Positions 10,937-22,976 of a stretch of 64,000 nucleotides of DNA are shown here, in pieces. A model generated the notes under the pieces. The model had not been told where the DNA came from and made no database searches. It saw nothing but the letters and a program-made list of their open reading frames with translations. Numbering within the stretch: the first letter of the stretch is position 1; each line of letters opens with the position of its first letter. Where the stretch lies: sequence record NZ_CP123987.1. One strand, written 5' to 3'. The position numbers were made by a program, and so were the translations under genes. This DNA is from a plasmid.

Positions 10937-11792
10937 TACTTTAGCCTCCTACTATAGCTAAATAAACTATAAGTTAATATTTAACCATTAATAAACGATA
11001 CAAATATAATTATGTTATCGTGAATTAATTCACAAATATTACACTTATAAAATAACATCATATACACAATAAATCAATACTATTTTTAAATTTATTTTAT
11101 TTTTTCTTTTATTTTGTTAAATAAGTCACTTACTTAAACGGATTAAAAATATAAATAAAGTATATAGAAAATATTAAAAATATTTTTTGTAATCGTTTTC
11201 TATAATGATTTAATCATATCTTATATACTGTTTTTTTACAATATATTTCAACAAATTTATCGATAAAAATACTTTAATATCAATTAAACAGCATGTATCA
11301 ATTCTAATTATGATTAAAATAATAATTCTTTACCCTTTCATTAGCCCTACCTAAGTTTATAAACCTAAAACTTATTGTTACTTAGTTTTAATTAATCCAC
11401 AATAATATAAGAATTTTAGATACATTAGTACTCACTACATATAATTTGCTTCTCTTCTTTTTTATTCTTTATCTTCTTGGTTAAACTATGAAGAAAAATA
11501 TAATTTTTTGTTAAATTTATTTGAAGAAATGTTTGAAAAAATATTTATTTTACTATATTCTAAAAGGGACGAAATGTATGAAAACGAATAAAATCATCAT
11601 AAAAATATCAAGTTACATTGTTCACATAATTAAAAATCAGAAGTTAGACTTATCTTTTACTATTTATACTTATTGTACTTTTCTAGATAACTATCAATAA
11701 TTATATTTTCTTATTTCTGATTAACTCTAAATTTATGATTTTCCATTCAATCCTGAGCATTTCTTAATTACTTTTAGAAAGGACAGATTAAT

Positions 11793-14700
11793 ATGCTTAA
11801 CAAGAATAATCATTATGGCAAACAACTTGCTAATACTCCACATACACCTCGCTACGCTCTTAGAAGGCTTAAAGTTGGACTTGTTTCAGTCGCTCTTGGA
11901 ACTGTCTTTTTCTTTACACCACAAGCTCTAGCTGATACAACTAGTGGAGTTGATACGAGTACAGACCCTTCTACATTAACCACTACTAATGCAGCTGAAA
12001 ATCACACAACTAATGCTTTGAGTAGTGCTAATGCTGCCAACAAAGTCAGTTTAACTAATACTACTTCAAAGAATACAGTCCAGGCATCTTCTACTTCCAA
12101 TAACACTGAAACTGTTACAAATATATCCACGCCGACTACTACAAGTGGAACAGAAAACAATACTGCTAATACTCAAAGTAGCAACACCAATGCTATCGAA
12201 AATAACACAGCTACCGATACTACAATAAAAGCTAATAATAGTAAGGTTCAATCGAAGCTACAAGCTACTCCAAGTAATACTAGTGCTTCAATCAGTGATA
12301 ACAACACTAATCAAGTAACACTTTCTCATGGTCAAGCACAAGGACAACGTGTCGTTAATATTACTACTGACGCTACTAGTGGGGACACTTTTACAATTGA
12401 AGTACCTTACATTTTTACAGCCACAAACAATGCTAATGGAGATCTCTTCTCTGCAGAGACGAAACTTACTCCCGTAAATAATCCTGCTTTTATTTCGAGC
12501 AAACCGCTCTTTAATACTACTTTTATTTATCATATTAAAAATGTTAATGGAAATATTTCATTTAACGTCAATTTATTACCACAGTTACGTGACTGGGCTC
12601 TATTAAAACCCGGTCAAGTATTCAAATTAACAGTAGCTCGCAATAATCAACAGGTAGGCGATATCACTTACACAATTGGCCCACAACCTTTAATAAATGA
12701 TGTAACGATTACCTTTGATCATAATCAAAGCAACAACTTACTTCCTAACCAGACATATATGGTAGGAATTGGACTACCTAATGATGGAGTAAATGACGGC
12801 GATAACTTCACTGGAACAATTAAGGTTGATGTTCCAGATGGATTTGTCTTTGATTCTAGCCGTTCTAATGGCGTGGTTACCGGTTCTAATATTGGTGACG
12901 ATTTAGGTATGTTTAATACTTTAGGTTCGATGGAAGGGATATCCATCAGTCAAGAAGCTGCTGGAAAACCTATTATCATTGAATATAACCGTACAAAATC
13001 TGAATTAGGTAAAGGATTCATCCTTCTTTACGGTCACTACACTAAGAATATTGATGCTAGTCAAAACACTTTCACAGCTACAGTAACAGCAACAACAACT
13101 AATGCAGATGGCGATAAAGCAAACTATGATGGATCAATTCAAACAATTACCAAGAGTCGTAATATTAGTATGCCAGTAGAAAATCCGGCTCGAAATTCTC
13201 TCGACTCTTCATTTGCTATTGGGGAAAACAATATTTATCGTGACCAGGTCAATCCAGATGGTAGTCATAGATCTGATGATCCAAAGTTAACATATGGGGC
13301 ACAACGTCGGATTGAAATTATCAATAATGGAAACCAAACTCAACAAGATGTTACTACCCATATCAATCTAGAACCTGGAACAGTACTTGTTAAGTTAAGT
13401 AATGGAAAATATGGATTGCTACTAAATTCTTCAGATATCAACAAACCAAAGTCAATAGTAGCTACTCTCGAGGACGGAAGAAAAGTAAATATTCCTATTA
13501 ATATCTCTACTTTCAGCGATGGTCGTAGTATTGGCTATGCTGCACTAATTACTTCTGACTTAGTTAATTCAGGAGTAAATGCAGACGGAACAAATATTAC
13601 TTCTCTTGATGTTACCTATACTTCACTGGAACCAGGAACAAAATTAGAAATTTCTTTTGGAAATAACGGTTTGATTTCTGACAAGAAACCTGGAGAAGTT
13701 GCTACTTACTCCTATACAGTAACCTCTGCTAATGGAGCTAGTCATAACGGAGTTCAATCTATTCCGATTGCCGATCCAAAGGGGTTTCAATATCAATTTA
13801 CTGGTTGGATTAACTTTGCTGGTGGCGATTACCAACCCAACAGTGAAAATGGTGGAAATATTGCCAAAATTTCCTATACTCTTCAACACGTTAATTATTC
13901 AGATGAAGCAAGTTCTTACCTAATTGAAATTCCTAGAGGATTCACTGTTAACCCAAGTGATCTTCGTCTCTTTCAAAATAATAAAGAAGTAAAAGATGGA
14001 AAGATTGAATATTTAGGGACTGTTGGAGAACACGGGGAACAAACTTTTGTTATTTCTCTCCCATTCATGCCCTTTTACGGAATTCCAGTTTATGTGAAGG
14101 ATGCTAATAACCAAGACTTAACCATAACGGCAACACCTAACCAAGCACCTGCGAACTACTCATATGCTCCAACTTTGGTTGATACTAATCCTTTAATTGC
14201 TGAAATTGTAACAGATAAGAATAAATTTACTCCAGTTTCATACCAAGCGTTCCATACTATTACTCGTGGTAATCAGACCTTTACTATTCTTAATATGCCT
14301 GGTTTCGGCCCAAACTGGGTTAACTATTCTTTTAGTTATGCTTCAACTTATAGTAGTTTTGATTCAATTCGTTCTAATGGCGATTATATTCAAGCTGGTG
14401 ACAGCTTAACTAATCCACCTAAATTAAACTATATTCAAAACGGCCAAGTGGATAACACCAACGGAAGTCTTAAACTTAATACTTATTTATCTGATCTTGG
14501 AAAATCTGATTGCAGTTATAACCTAGTAAATTTACCAGACGTTGCACTTGGGGATAATACAACTATTTCACTTACTGGACAAGGAACAATCAGTGAAAAT
14601 AGGAACGGAGAAAATGTACAGCTTCTTTACTCTACGAAACATATTAACAAAACTGAAGCTCTCACTGAAGATGACTTCAAAGACTTTATAACTGCTGATA

Positions 14701-16306
14701 AAGTTACAGATTGGTCTGCTATTAAAACTGTACTCCTAAAAGCTGGTACTCTTACTAGTCCAGGAAATATCACTGCTGAATTGCCGTTCAAAGTTACTGA
14801 GATGAAAGATGGAGAGATTAATACTAACGTAATCTTCAACACTAACTTCACTGGTTTTCATAATGCAATTACTCATAGTAATCCACAACTAGCACTTAAT
14901 GTGCAACGTTATATCAACGTTACTACCAAATGGGTAGACGATGATACTGATCAAGAGCTAGCTCCAAGTACTACCCAAATGGTACGCTCTGGCGATACTT
15001 ACCAAACTATCGCTAAGCCAGCTGATCTTAATCCAAATTATCGTCTTGAACGTGTAGAAGGAAATCAATATGGAGTTACTGGTGCTAATGATCTTATTGT
15101 TACTTACCATTACAAGGCTCTAACAGATGACTCGTTAAAAGAAAGCAAATCCATAACTAGAACTATTAACTATGTGGTTAATGATGGTCAAGTCCAAGCT
15201 CCAGATACGGTAGTCCAAGCTGTTACTCTCATTCGCCATGGAAGTAAGAACTTGGTAACTGGTAATATAACTTGGGGACAATGGAGTGATGATCAATGGA
15301 ATGAAGTTGTTTCTAAAACAGTTAAGGATATCACCCAGATAAAGAATCTGTAGCTCAACAAAAAGTAACAACAAACACTGATAATACAACAATAACTGTA
15401 CACTATATTAAGAATCCGATTGTATCTTCTACTGAAAGCAAGACTGTTAAACGTACTATTAACTATCTCGTTGATGGCAATGAAGTTTCTGCTCCAGATT
15501 CCGTAAACCAAGAGTTCACCTTCTCTCGTGATGTATTCACTGATACCATCACTGGTGATGTTACCTACGGTAACTGGAACGTCGATAATACTTCTTTTGA
15601 AGCTGTCGATTCTCCTTCATTGAAGGGTTATACTCCGGATCTTAAATCTGTTACGGCTTTAACTGTTACTCCAGATACTAAGGACACAGTCATTACTGTT
15701 ACTTATACTAAGAATCCAATTGTAACTTCTACTGAAAATAAGACGGTTAAACGTACTATTAACTATCTCGTTGATGGCAATGAAGTTTCTGCTCCAGATT
15801 CCGTAAACCAAGAGTTCATCTTCTCTCGTGATGTATTCACTGATACTGTCACTGGTGATGTTACCTACGGTAACTGGAACGTCGATAACACTTCTTTTGA
15901 AGCTGTCGATTCTCCTTCATTGAAGGGTTATACTCCGGATCTTAAATCTGTTGCGGCTTTAACCGTTACTCCAGATACTAAGGACACAGTCATTACTGTT
16001 ACTTATACTAAGAATCCAGTTGAAGTTCAACCAACTCCTAAACCAACAGAATCGGTTGACTCAAATAAGACTGATCCTGCTGATTCAACAAATACAATGA
16101 CAAAACATGTTAACTCAACTACAGTAACTGCTAAATCACAAATAATAAATCAAGTTGTTCCTTCCCAACCAGTTACAAAATCTAAGAAACTTCCACAAAC
16201 TGGTGAAGAACATAATAGTTTAGCTACTATCGGTCTCTTAATACTTTCATTAGCAACTGGCCTTGGTTTAAAGAAACGAAAAAAAATTAATCTTTTAATT
16301 GATTAG
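11793..16306 (+). pseudogene. LPXTG-anchored mucus-binding-type surface protein, split by a 1-nt frameshift near 15322-15328
   Basis: YSIRK-like signal peptide (RYALRRLKVGLVSVALG), a Ser/Thr-rich region, MucBP-like repeats, and a C-terminal LPQTG anchor with hydrophobic segment and KKRKK tail at the end of the second ORF (15620..16306). ORF1 stops at 15351-15353. Adding one G in AAGGAT restores a continuous frame through the 300-bp repeats. Confidence 0.8.
15395..16020 (+). repeat. Coding tandem repeat, two near-identical 300-bp (100-aa) units of a MucBP-like module
   Basis: 15421-15720 and 15721-16020 are about 97% identical (KTVKRTINYLVDGNEVSAPDSVNQEF...). An upstream diverged copy at about 15130-15330. 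Confidence 0.85.
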
Positions 16307-16311
16307 ATACA

Positions 16312-16341
16312 AAAAAGACGCCTAGAAAGCGTCTTTTTTTG
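16312..16341 (+). terminator. Rho-independent terminator of the surface-protein gene
   Basis: AGACGCCTAGAAAGCGTCT hairpin followed by a T7 run. Confidence 0.8.
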
Positions 16342-16375
16342 TACCCTTTTTCTTCAGTTGCTTTTTACTACCTAA

Positions 16376-16412
16376 AAAAACATCATCTCAAACTAGTTTT
16401 GAGATGACGCTC
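16376..16412 (-). terminator. Rho-independent terminator of fbp
   Basis: CATCTCAAAACTAGTTTTGAGATG hairpin. On the minus strand it is followed by a T run, directly after the fbp stop. Confidence 0.75.
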
Positions 16413-16415
16413 TAT

Positions 16416-18395
16416 CTAATCATAATTTCTCAATAAATTATACAAAACTCTAATTTTTTCTTTAATATTTTCACCAATATCAGTATCCGCAACTGATTTT
16501 CGTTGTAATTCATGCTTTACCACTCGAACCGTTGAAACGATATCTTTCCCGCTTCTAATAGCATCTTGTTTTGAAGTAAATGGTTGATGCGAAACTAGTT
16601 GCAAGCCATATGAATTATACAATAATGTATATCCAGCGATCCCTGTTGTTGGCTGATAGGCTTTGGAGTATCCTCCATCAATTACCAACATATAACCCTC
16701 TGCGCAGATTGCATTATGTCCCCTTTTAACTGGAGTGTGACCATTGATAATATGATTAGTATCATCGCCAGTAAATCCAAATTCTTGTAAAATTTTGATG
16801 CAGAAATCCTTATTTTCCCTTAATTTATAATATGGATTCTTTACTTCTTCATGACAAGCTTTATCTGCAATAAAATAACGTTCAAAAGTAGTCATAGATT
16901 TCTTACCGAACAGTGGGGAAAGAGCTCCTTGCCATAAATACCACATAAAATCAGTGGCAAAATCATCTTTTACATTTGGATTAGAGTAAGCTTTTCGAAT
17001 CATTTTTTCAGAAAAATCAAACAATTTTTTGCCAGAATATTCTTTACTACCAATCTTCAAGCTACAGAAATTTCCTTCTTCATCTGCAGGAATACATCCA
17101 TGGAATAAGAGATTGCCATTATATGTACGGTACATACTACCTTTATTCATCATAAAATCTAGATGACGTTTTAATTTTGTAGAATGTTGAATGGAAATTA
17201 ATAATTCATCTACAATCGCATTTTCTTCATCTGTTAATTCACTAGGATTTTTAGGGTCTACAGTGTTGAAACAAGTATTTTGTAACGGATATTCTTTACC
17301 ATTTAAACTAATTACATTTTTCTTGTAATCTATCTTATTAAGTAAATCTCGATCATCCATTTCCAATTCTGGTCTTCTAGCTATAACTTTCCCTTCAAGC
17401 TTAAATTGCATCATCGCAACAGCTTGATGAATTTGCGTGATTTGTAGCTTTTCGCCGTTGAATCTATACCCATCACCATTAGTCAATTTAGGTCTAAATT
17501 GAGGATTATCCTCATATTGCTCCTCAGCAAATCTCGAAAGGTGACGTAAGTTAATCCCATAAGCATCTTCTATGATGTTCAAGTTATTATATCTTGCACA
17601 AATTCTCAATAAATTCAACATACATAGTTTTGAGCCTGCCATTGCACCTAGCCATAGTAAATCATGATTTCCCCATTGCATATCGACAGAATGATAATTC
17701 ATCAATCTATCCATAATTTTGTCTGGTTCTTCTCCCCTATCGTAAACATCGCCCAGAACATGTAAGTGATCTACTACTAATCTTTGAATTGTGTAACAGG
17801 TAGCAATAATAAATTTACCTGCTTGATCTAATTTCAAAATATTCTTCAAAAGTTGATTAATATAACTTCTCTTATTAAATTCTTGTGGATCGTTATATAA
17901 TAATTCTTCTGTTATGTATACAAAATTAGGATTTAGTGCTTTACGAACCTTTGAGCGCGTATACTTGCTTCCTGATAATTCTAAAAATTCTAATAAGTGG
18001 GAAATGTTATCTAAGTACCATTGTTGTAGCTCATTTTCTGTACGTAATTTTTTCTTTACTAGAGCCAATTCATCTTCAGGATAGTAGATTAGCAAAGCAA
18101 AATCTTGCATCGTTTGTTCTGTCATTCTATCTGAAAAGTAATCTTGAATTTTCTGTTTAATACTCCCAGAACCATTTCTTAAAACGTGATCAAATGCTGT
18201 ATACTCCCCATGCAAATCACTTACAAAGTGTTCAGTTCCCTTTGGAAGATGCAAAATTGCTTCCAAGTTCATAATTTCGGTAATCACATCTTGTTTCGTA
18301 GGATATTTTTCTTTTAATAAGTTATGCGAATAAGCATTCATGTCAACTTGCTTATTTACTAATTCTTCATTATCATCAAAATTCATCGCCATCAA
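16416..18395 (-). CDS. fbp: Fructose-1,6-bisphosphatase class 3
   Basis: 659 aa. Size and sequence typical of Firmicutes Fbp (YydE), with calcineurin-like metallophosphatase motifs GDxxDRG. Confidence 0.85.
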   Translation of the reverse strand: MMAMNFDDNEELVNKQVDMNAYSHNLLKEKYPTKQDVITEIMNLEAILHLPKGTEHFVSDLHGEYTAFDHVLRNGSGSIKQKIQDYFSDRMTEQTMQDFALLIYYPEDELALVKKKLRTENELQQWYLDNISHLLEFLELSGSKYTRSKVRKALNPNFVYITEELLYNDPQEFNKRSYINQLLKNILKLDQAGKFIIATCYTIQRLVVDHLHVLGDVYDRGEEPDKIMDRLMNYHSVDMQWGNHDLLWLGAMAGSKLCMLNLLRICARYNNLNIIEDAYGINLRHLSRFAEEQYEDNPQFRPKLTNGDGYRFNGEKLQITQIHQAVAMMQFKLEGKVIARRPELEMDDRDLLNKIDYKKNVISLNGKEYPLQNTCFNTVDPKNPSELTDEENAIVDELLISIQHSTKLKRHLDFMMNKGSMYRTYNGNLLFHGCIPADEEGNFCSLKIGSKEYSGKKLFDFSEKMIRKAYSNPNVKDDFATDFMWYLWQGALSPLFGKKSMTTFERYFIADKACHEEVKNPYYKLRENKDFCIKILQEFGFTGDDTNHIINGHTPVKRGHNAICAEGYMLVIDGGYSKAYQPTTGIAGYTLLYNSYGLQLVSHQPFTSKQDAIRSGKDIVSTVRVVKHELQRKSVADTDIGENIKEKIRVLYNLLRNYD

Positions 18396-18734
18396 CCCCT
18401 ATATTATGGTCATCAATATGGTTTTTACATTACGCCTTGAAAAGGTTTTTGTCAATACATTTTAATTATTTAATTACAAACACTTATTTATAAATATTAA
18501 AACTTATTTATATGTAAATTAACCATAACTAACACTTAATTAAATGCAAAATTTTAAAAAAATAAACTTACCTAGCATTTATCGAATTATATGCAGATCT
18601 CTTTACTCAATATTTAAGTTAATTATATAAAGATACCCTCAAAAGATTCTCTATAACGCTTTTGAGGGTATCTTTGTATGTGATATAATTTCAGTAGTTA
18701 TAGTTGCAACGTAATTTTTAGTGAGGTGTTATAT

Positions 18735-19556
18735 ATGGAGTACCCTTATCGTGAAAAATTTCTATCTTGGGCTAAAGATGTTAAACATTATCGTGAAAGT
18801 ACCGTAATGTTGTACGATTATACCGTCAATAGTTTCTATAACTATTTTTATAGTCAATCAGAACATGGTAATGATATTCGTCTTGTCCGACCTCAAGATA
18901 TCACTAACTATCTTGTAAATATTCAAGAACAACATCATATTGTTGCTAATACTGCTAATAAATACTATTTTCACTTGAAAAAGTATTTTACTTTTCTCTA
19001 TAGTAATCAGTTGATTGATGAATATCCTTTAATCGATTTAAAAACTTACAAAGTCAATAAATACACTAATATTACACTTGGTTGGCAGCAATATCTACCT
19101 GAAATTTTCAAAATTGCGGAACTTTCTGATGATGCAAAATTAGAACTTTTTCTAATCTCTCAAAATATCGAACCAAAGGGATTACTTAATATTACTTTTG
19201 GACAGCTTCGAAACTTTAATACAGAAAATATTGGAATTTTGCTAGATAATATTGAAGTAAAACCTGATAATTATTTCGTATTCTCACTAAAAAACGATCC
19301 TGAAAAACCATTGAATTCGTTAAATTCATTATTAATGAGAGTTAGACCTGATGAAGAAATTTTGAATATGACACTAGCCCCTTCAAAATTAAGACAAAGT
19401 TATATTTACAATTATCTCCTTACTAATAAAGATAAATCCGAAATTGAACTTCTAGATCATCTTCATCTATCTATTAAGTCATTAGTATATTATCGTCAAA
19501 ACTTGCTCAATATTGACTTTAATAATTTTGTTTATGAAACTCCAAAAGAAAAGTAG
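18735..19556 (+). CDS. XerD-like tyrosine-recombinase family protein, possibly catalytically degenerate
   Basis: N-terminal core-binding (SAM-like) domain pattern. No clear R..H..R..Y catalytic tetrad visible. RBS GTGAGGTG before ATG 18735. Confidence 0.45.
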   Translation: MEYPYREKFLSWAKDVKHYRESTVMLYDYTVNSFYNYFYSQSEHGNDIRLVRPQDITNYLVNIQEQHHIVANTANKYYFHLKKYFTFLYSNQLIDEYPLIDLKTYKVNKYTNITLGWQQYLPEIFKIAELSDDAKLELFLISQNIEPKGLLNITFGQLRNFNTENIGILLDNIEVKPDNYFVFSLKNDPEKPLNSLNSLLMRVRPDEEILNMTLAPSKLRQSYIYNYLLTNKDKSEIELLDHLHLSIKSLVYYRQNLLNIDFNNFVYETPKEK

Positions 19557-19591
19557 TTTTTGCCCTTTCTCATCATAAGGAGATAATTAAA

Positions 19592-19858
19592 ATGAAAAAA
19601 TATTTATTATTTATTTTATCTATTGTTGTTGCACTACTAACTTGGATTCCGAACACTCGTCTATTTTTAACGGATTCCAATATAGGAACTATTCTTATAT
19701 TAGTTTTGACTATTTTTGTATGTGTTTTTTCTGTAATTTATAATAAACACTCTCGTTCTCTTTGGTATATATTTTCTTTTATATTAGGATTAAGTCCTAT
19801 ACTATTTTTAATTTTCGTTGGTATTTTTTTAGCATTAGAAATGCCTTTTGCACCATGA
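19592..19858 (+). CDS. Small membrane protein (hypothetical)
   Basis: 88 aa, 2-3 predicted TM helices, RBS AGGAGA upstream. Confidence 0.5.
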   Translation: MKKYLLFILSIVVALLTWIPNTRLFLTDSNIGTILILVLTIFVCVFSVIYNKHSRSLWYIFSFILGLSPILFLIFVGIFLALEMPFAP

Positions 19859-19891
19859 TTAACTTTCAAGTAGAAACCGGAAAAATTTAAA

Positions 19892-19930
19892 AAATCGCCA
19901 AAGATTTGCACTAATCCTTGGCGATTTTTA
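19892..19930. terminator. Bidirectional terminator hairpin
   Basis: AAAATCGCCAA...TTGGCGATTTT 11-bp stem. Confidence 0.7.
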
Positions 19931-19964
19931 CTTGGCGTAAGCTATTAAATTTTATCTTAAGTAT

Positions 19965-20822
19965 TCAGTCAGATTCGCATCCAGAATCCTTAACCCATCT
20001 TTCAAAGATAGCGTCACGTCTTGCTTCTTTATCCTTCAACATTCCATGTGTTTGTAACCAAACGTTTTTCGCAAAATTCAGTACTGCTTGCTCATATGTA
20101 TTACCACCACAATCCAAAGCAATATCATGATAGTAAGTTGTTGCGTATGGGACATCAGTATCATCTAAAACATGATATCCACCCTCAGCCCACCATTCTA
20201 CTTTTCCACTTGTTTCACTAGAAGTTGGATAAATATCCATAAAGTTTAAATTCATGTGTGATGTCTCCCAGAAGACTCTATTCCCATGAACATTTTCTTT
20301 CCAGAAATTAGGATGTGTCCTAAGCCATTCATAAATTAATAGAAAATTTTCATGCGTAAAACTGTCTTCTTTGACTTTCTTATCCAAATTTTTCCATTCT
20401 TGGTACTCATCTTCTAGGTTCTTAACACTATAGTCACCATGGTGTCTGAAAATTAGGTGATTCTTTGTCCAAAAGAAATCATCGCTCAAATTTCCAAATT
20501 CTCCTTTTTCATTAAGATCTTCATCTTCAGGTTCACCAAATACTTCATGTGCTATTTCATCTGAAAACCAAACTTCTCCGTCATTATCAGCTTGAGAGTA
20601 GGCTTCCAAGAAAGAATCATATACATAATCTACTTTTCCTAAATTTTCCTTATATTCCAATGAATATCCTAATTCCTCACTAAAGTAGATCCCCCATTTA
20701 TCATGTTTATTCTTTAGGATGATACGTTCTTTTTCAAATAGTTTTAGGTAATTAGGTGATTCTTTTACAAAATTAGGTATATCATAATTCAAAAATTTTT
20801 CTTCCATGTCATTCATCCTCAC
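19965..20822 (-). CDS. Hypothetical protein (Trp-rich, no recognisable domain)
   Basis: 285-aa ORF with coding-like composition. No family assigned from sequence alone. Confidence 0.5.
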   Translation of the reverse strand: MRMNDMEEKFLNYDIPNFVKESPNYLKLFEKERIILKNKHDKWGIYFSEELGYSLEYKENLGKVDYVYDSFLEAYSQADNDGEVWFSDEIAHEVFGEPEDEDLNEKGEFGNLSDDFFWTKNHLIFRHHGDYSVKNLEDEYQEWKNLDKKVKEDSFTHENFLLIYEWLRTHPNFWKENVHGNRVFWETSHMNLNFMDIYPTSSETSGKVEWWAEGGYHVLDDTDVPYATTYYHDIALDCGGNTYEQAVLNFAKNVWLQTHGMLKDKEARRDAIFERWVKDSGCESD

Positions 20823-21152
20823 TTGTTAATCTACAATAATCCTACCCTAATCTTTACGAAATAAAAATCTACCAGTGGTTTAATGGTAAAGAATATTCAA
20901 AAAATTTTTATTAATTATTATTTTTTAGAACGTTTTACTTTTGCAGCAACTAAGATAAGAAATAGTGGAATAATACCGGCAACTCACCCATATTTAAAAA
21001 TATCAATTATTCAATAGTAATAATACAATAAAAACTAGTATTGACTTTTTCATATGTACTCCTTAACTTCAAAATAAAAAATTAAGAAAAATCATTAAGT
21101 AAAAATATACTTTTTTAATTTGATTTTTCCTAACTTTCTTACTCTATTGATT

Positions 21153-21350
21153 TTAACGCTTTCTTTCATAACGTTTTGTTGTCACCAATGATTGATAGAC
21201 ATATCTTATACCTAGGTAAGTAAATAATATATCAATAATTGCAAATAAAAAATATCCTTTATCAAGAAAAATACTTCCTACTGCTATTGATAACATTACT
21301 AAACCGATATAAAAAGTATAATTTTTATAAAAATTTTTATTTATTTTCAT
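21153..21350 (-). CDS. Small membrane protein (hypothetical)
   Basis: 65 aa, 2 TM segments. Confidence 0.35.
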   Translation of the reverse strand: MKINKNFYKNYTFYIGLVMLSIAVGSIFLDKGYFLFAIIDILFTYLGIRYVYQSLVTTKRYERKR

Positions 21351-21857
21351 ATATTACTCTCCATTTCTACTAATAACTTCAGCTAGATTTTTCCATTATA
21401 TAATTTCATTTCCTAGTTTTAATTTATCATATTCTCAAATCATCGTGCCTAAATTATCGAATTAGGTCTTTTTTAATACATATCTGGCTTAACCAAATAC
21501 GCTTTAAAAAGTTCATATTAGGCTTGAAAAATCATCCTATCTTTCATTTGAAATACAATAACTATAGGTAATTATCTTAAATAAGGATGTGAAAAAAGTG
21601 AATAAAAGAATAGACTACTTTATTGGTATAGCCAATATATGTACAGGAATCCTAATGTTGTTTAATAGTAATAACTTATATCCCTTAATTTTTTGTATGA
21701 TGGGATTAATTTCTATAATTGCAACTACATTGAAGAAGTGAATACTAACTTTTATCTAATTTTGTTTAACATATTTAGCGACCCATTACTTTATATTGTA
21801 AATATATTAATAATAGTCAATAAACATTTGCAAAGATAATCATGAGATGTCATATAA

Positions 21858-21893
21858 AGAGGGTTGGAATACCCTAAGTTCCAACCCTCTTTA
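21858..21893. terminator. Terminator hairpin downstream of the QS operon
   Basis: AGAGGGTTGGAA...TTCCAACCCTCT perfect 12-bp stem. Confidence 0.8.
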
Positions 21894-22139
21894 TTAATTA
21901 TATTTTCTATTTTGTCTAATTTCTTTAATCAACATAACTATAAAAATCATTAATGTTCCCAATAAGATTAAACCTCTCATTGTTAACATAGGAGTTCGCA
22001 TAAGCCCATTTAAATTCAGTAATATTAACAATAGAAACCCTGCATACTTACTATTTCTCGTAAAATTCACTTTCAACCTTGAAATTACCATAAACCCTAC
22101 AATTAGCAATATAATAATACTTGTTTCTACCATGATCAT
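21894..22139 (-). CDS. Small membrane protein encoded downstream of the response regulator
   Basis: 81 aa, 3 TM segments. Last gene of the HK-RR operon. Confidence 0.5.
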   Translation of the reverse strand: MIMVETSIIILLIVGFMVISRLKVNFTRNSKYAGFLLLILLNLNGLMRTPMLTMRGLILLGTLMIFIVMLIKEIRQNRKYN

Positions 22140-22168
22140 TCACCACCTACACTAATAAACACAAAAAA

Positions 22169-22963
22169 TTAAACTGTTTTCAAATTATACCTTTCAATCA
22201 AACTTTTCATTTTAGCCTTACTTCTCCTAGGAAAAGTCTCCTTATATCCATCTTTAAAAGAAATACTCCTTGTTGACAGGTTAATTTCAACAATATTACT
22301 TGGATTAGCTAAACAAGATTGTGATATTTTTTCTAGAAAATCATTTTCTACCTCTAACTTCTTAATATCGCCTGTAAACTCACCCATACCATTAACTGTA
22401 ACTATTTTCAATCTATGTGACTTAGGAGTGGTAATAATATATAGAATATCATTGATATTTTCGTTAATAATTCTTCTGCCCATTTTATAGCTAAATGTCA
22501 TTTTCTTTATGGCATGAGATTCCCTAATTCTCCTTGCAGCTAATGATAAAGTCTCATTTAGTCGTTTTTGAATCACTTCATCATTATCATTTTTAGTAAT
22601 AAAATCCAATGCTCCAGTACGACGTCGATAAGTCATTGCTGCTAGATTTTCATAAGCTGTAATAAAAATTATCTGTGCATTTGGATCTTTTTGTCTAATA
22701 AATTCAGCTAAATCTATCCCATCTCTATCTGCTTTATCTTTACTAAGTTCAATATCTAAAAAATAAACTCCACTATCTACTTTGTTATCTTCCAAATAAT
22801 CGGCTACTTCAATATAACTATTAGCTTCCAAAGTTATTTTAAATTTTTTACCTTTACTGTCAGCAGAATCTTCTAAAGACCAAATAGCATATTTAACTAG
22901 ATCATGTATCCTTCTAACTTGATCCTTCTCATCGTCACAAATAATAATTCCATATTCTTCCAA
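22169..22963 (-). CDS. LytTR-family response regulator (AgrA/PlnC-like)
   Basis: N-terminal receiver domain (IIICDDE... D.. K) and C-terminal LytTR DNA-binding domain (YIITTPKSHRLKIVTVNGMGEFTGDIKKLE). Confidence 0.85.
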   Translation of the reverse strand: MEEYGIIICDDEKDQVRRIHDLVKYAIWSLEDSADSKGKKFKITLEANSYIEVADYLEDNKVDSGVYFLDIELSKDKADRDGIDLAEFIRQKDPNAQIIFITAYENLAAMTYRRRTGALDFITKNDNDEVIQKRLNETLSLAARRIRESHAIKKMTFSYKMGRRIINENINDILYIITTPKSHRLKIVTVNGMGEFTGDIKKLEVENDFLEKISQSCLANPSNIVEINLSTRSISFKDGYKETFPRRSKAKMKSLIERYNLKTV

Positions 22964-22976
22964 ATTAAACTACCCC

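Noticed and set aside
15395-16020. 300-bp tandem repeats as a CRISPR or other non-coding array
   Set aside because: The repeats are in-frame protein modules of the adhesin. Period and content are incompatible with CRISPR and no cas genes are present.
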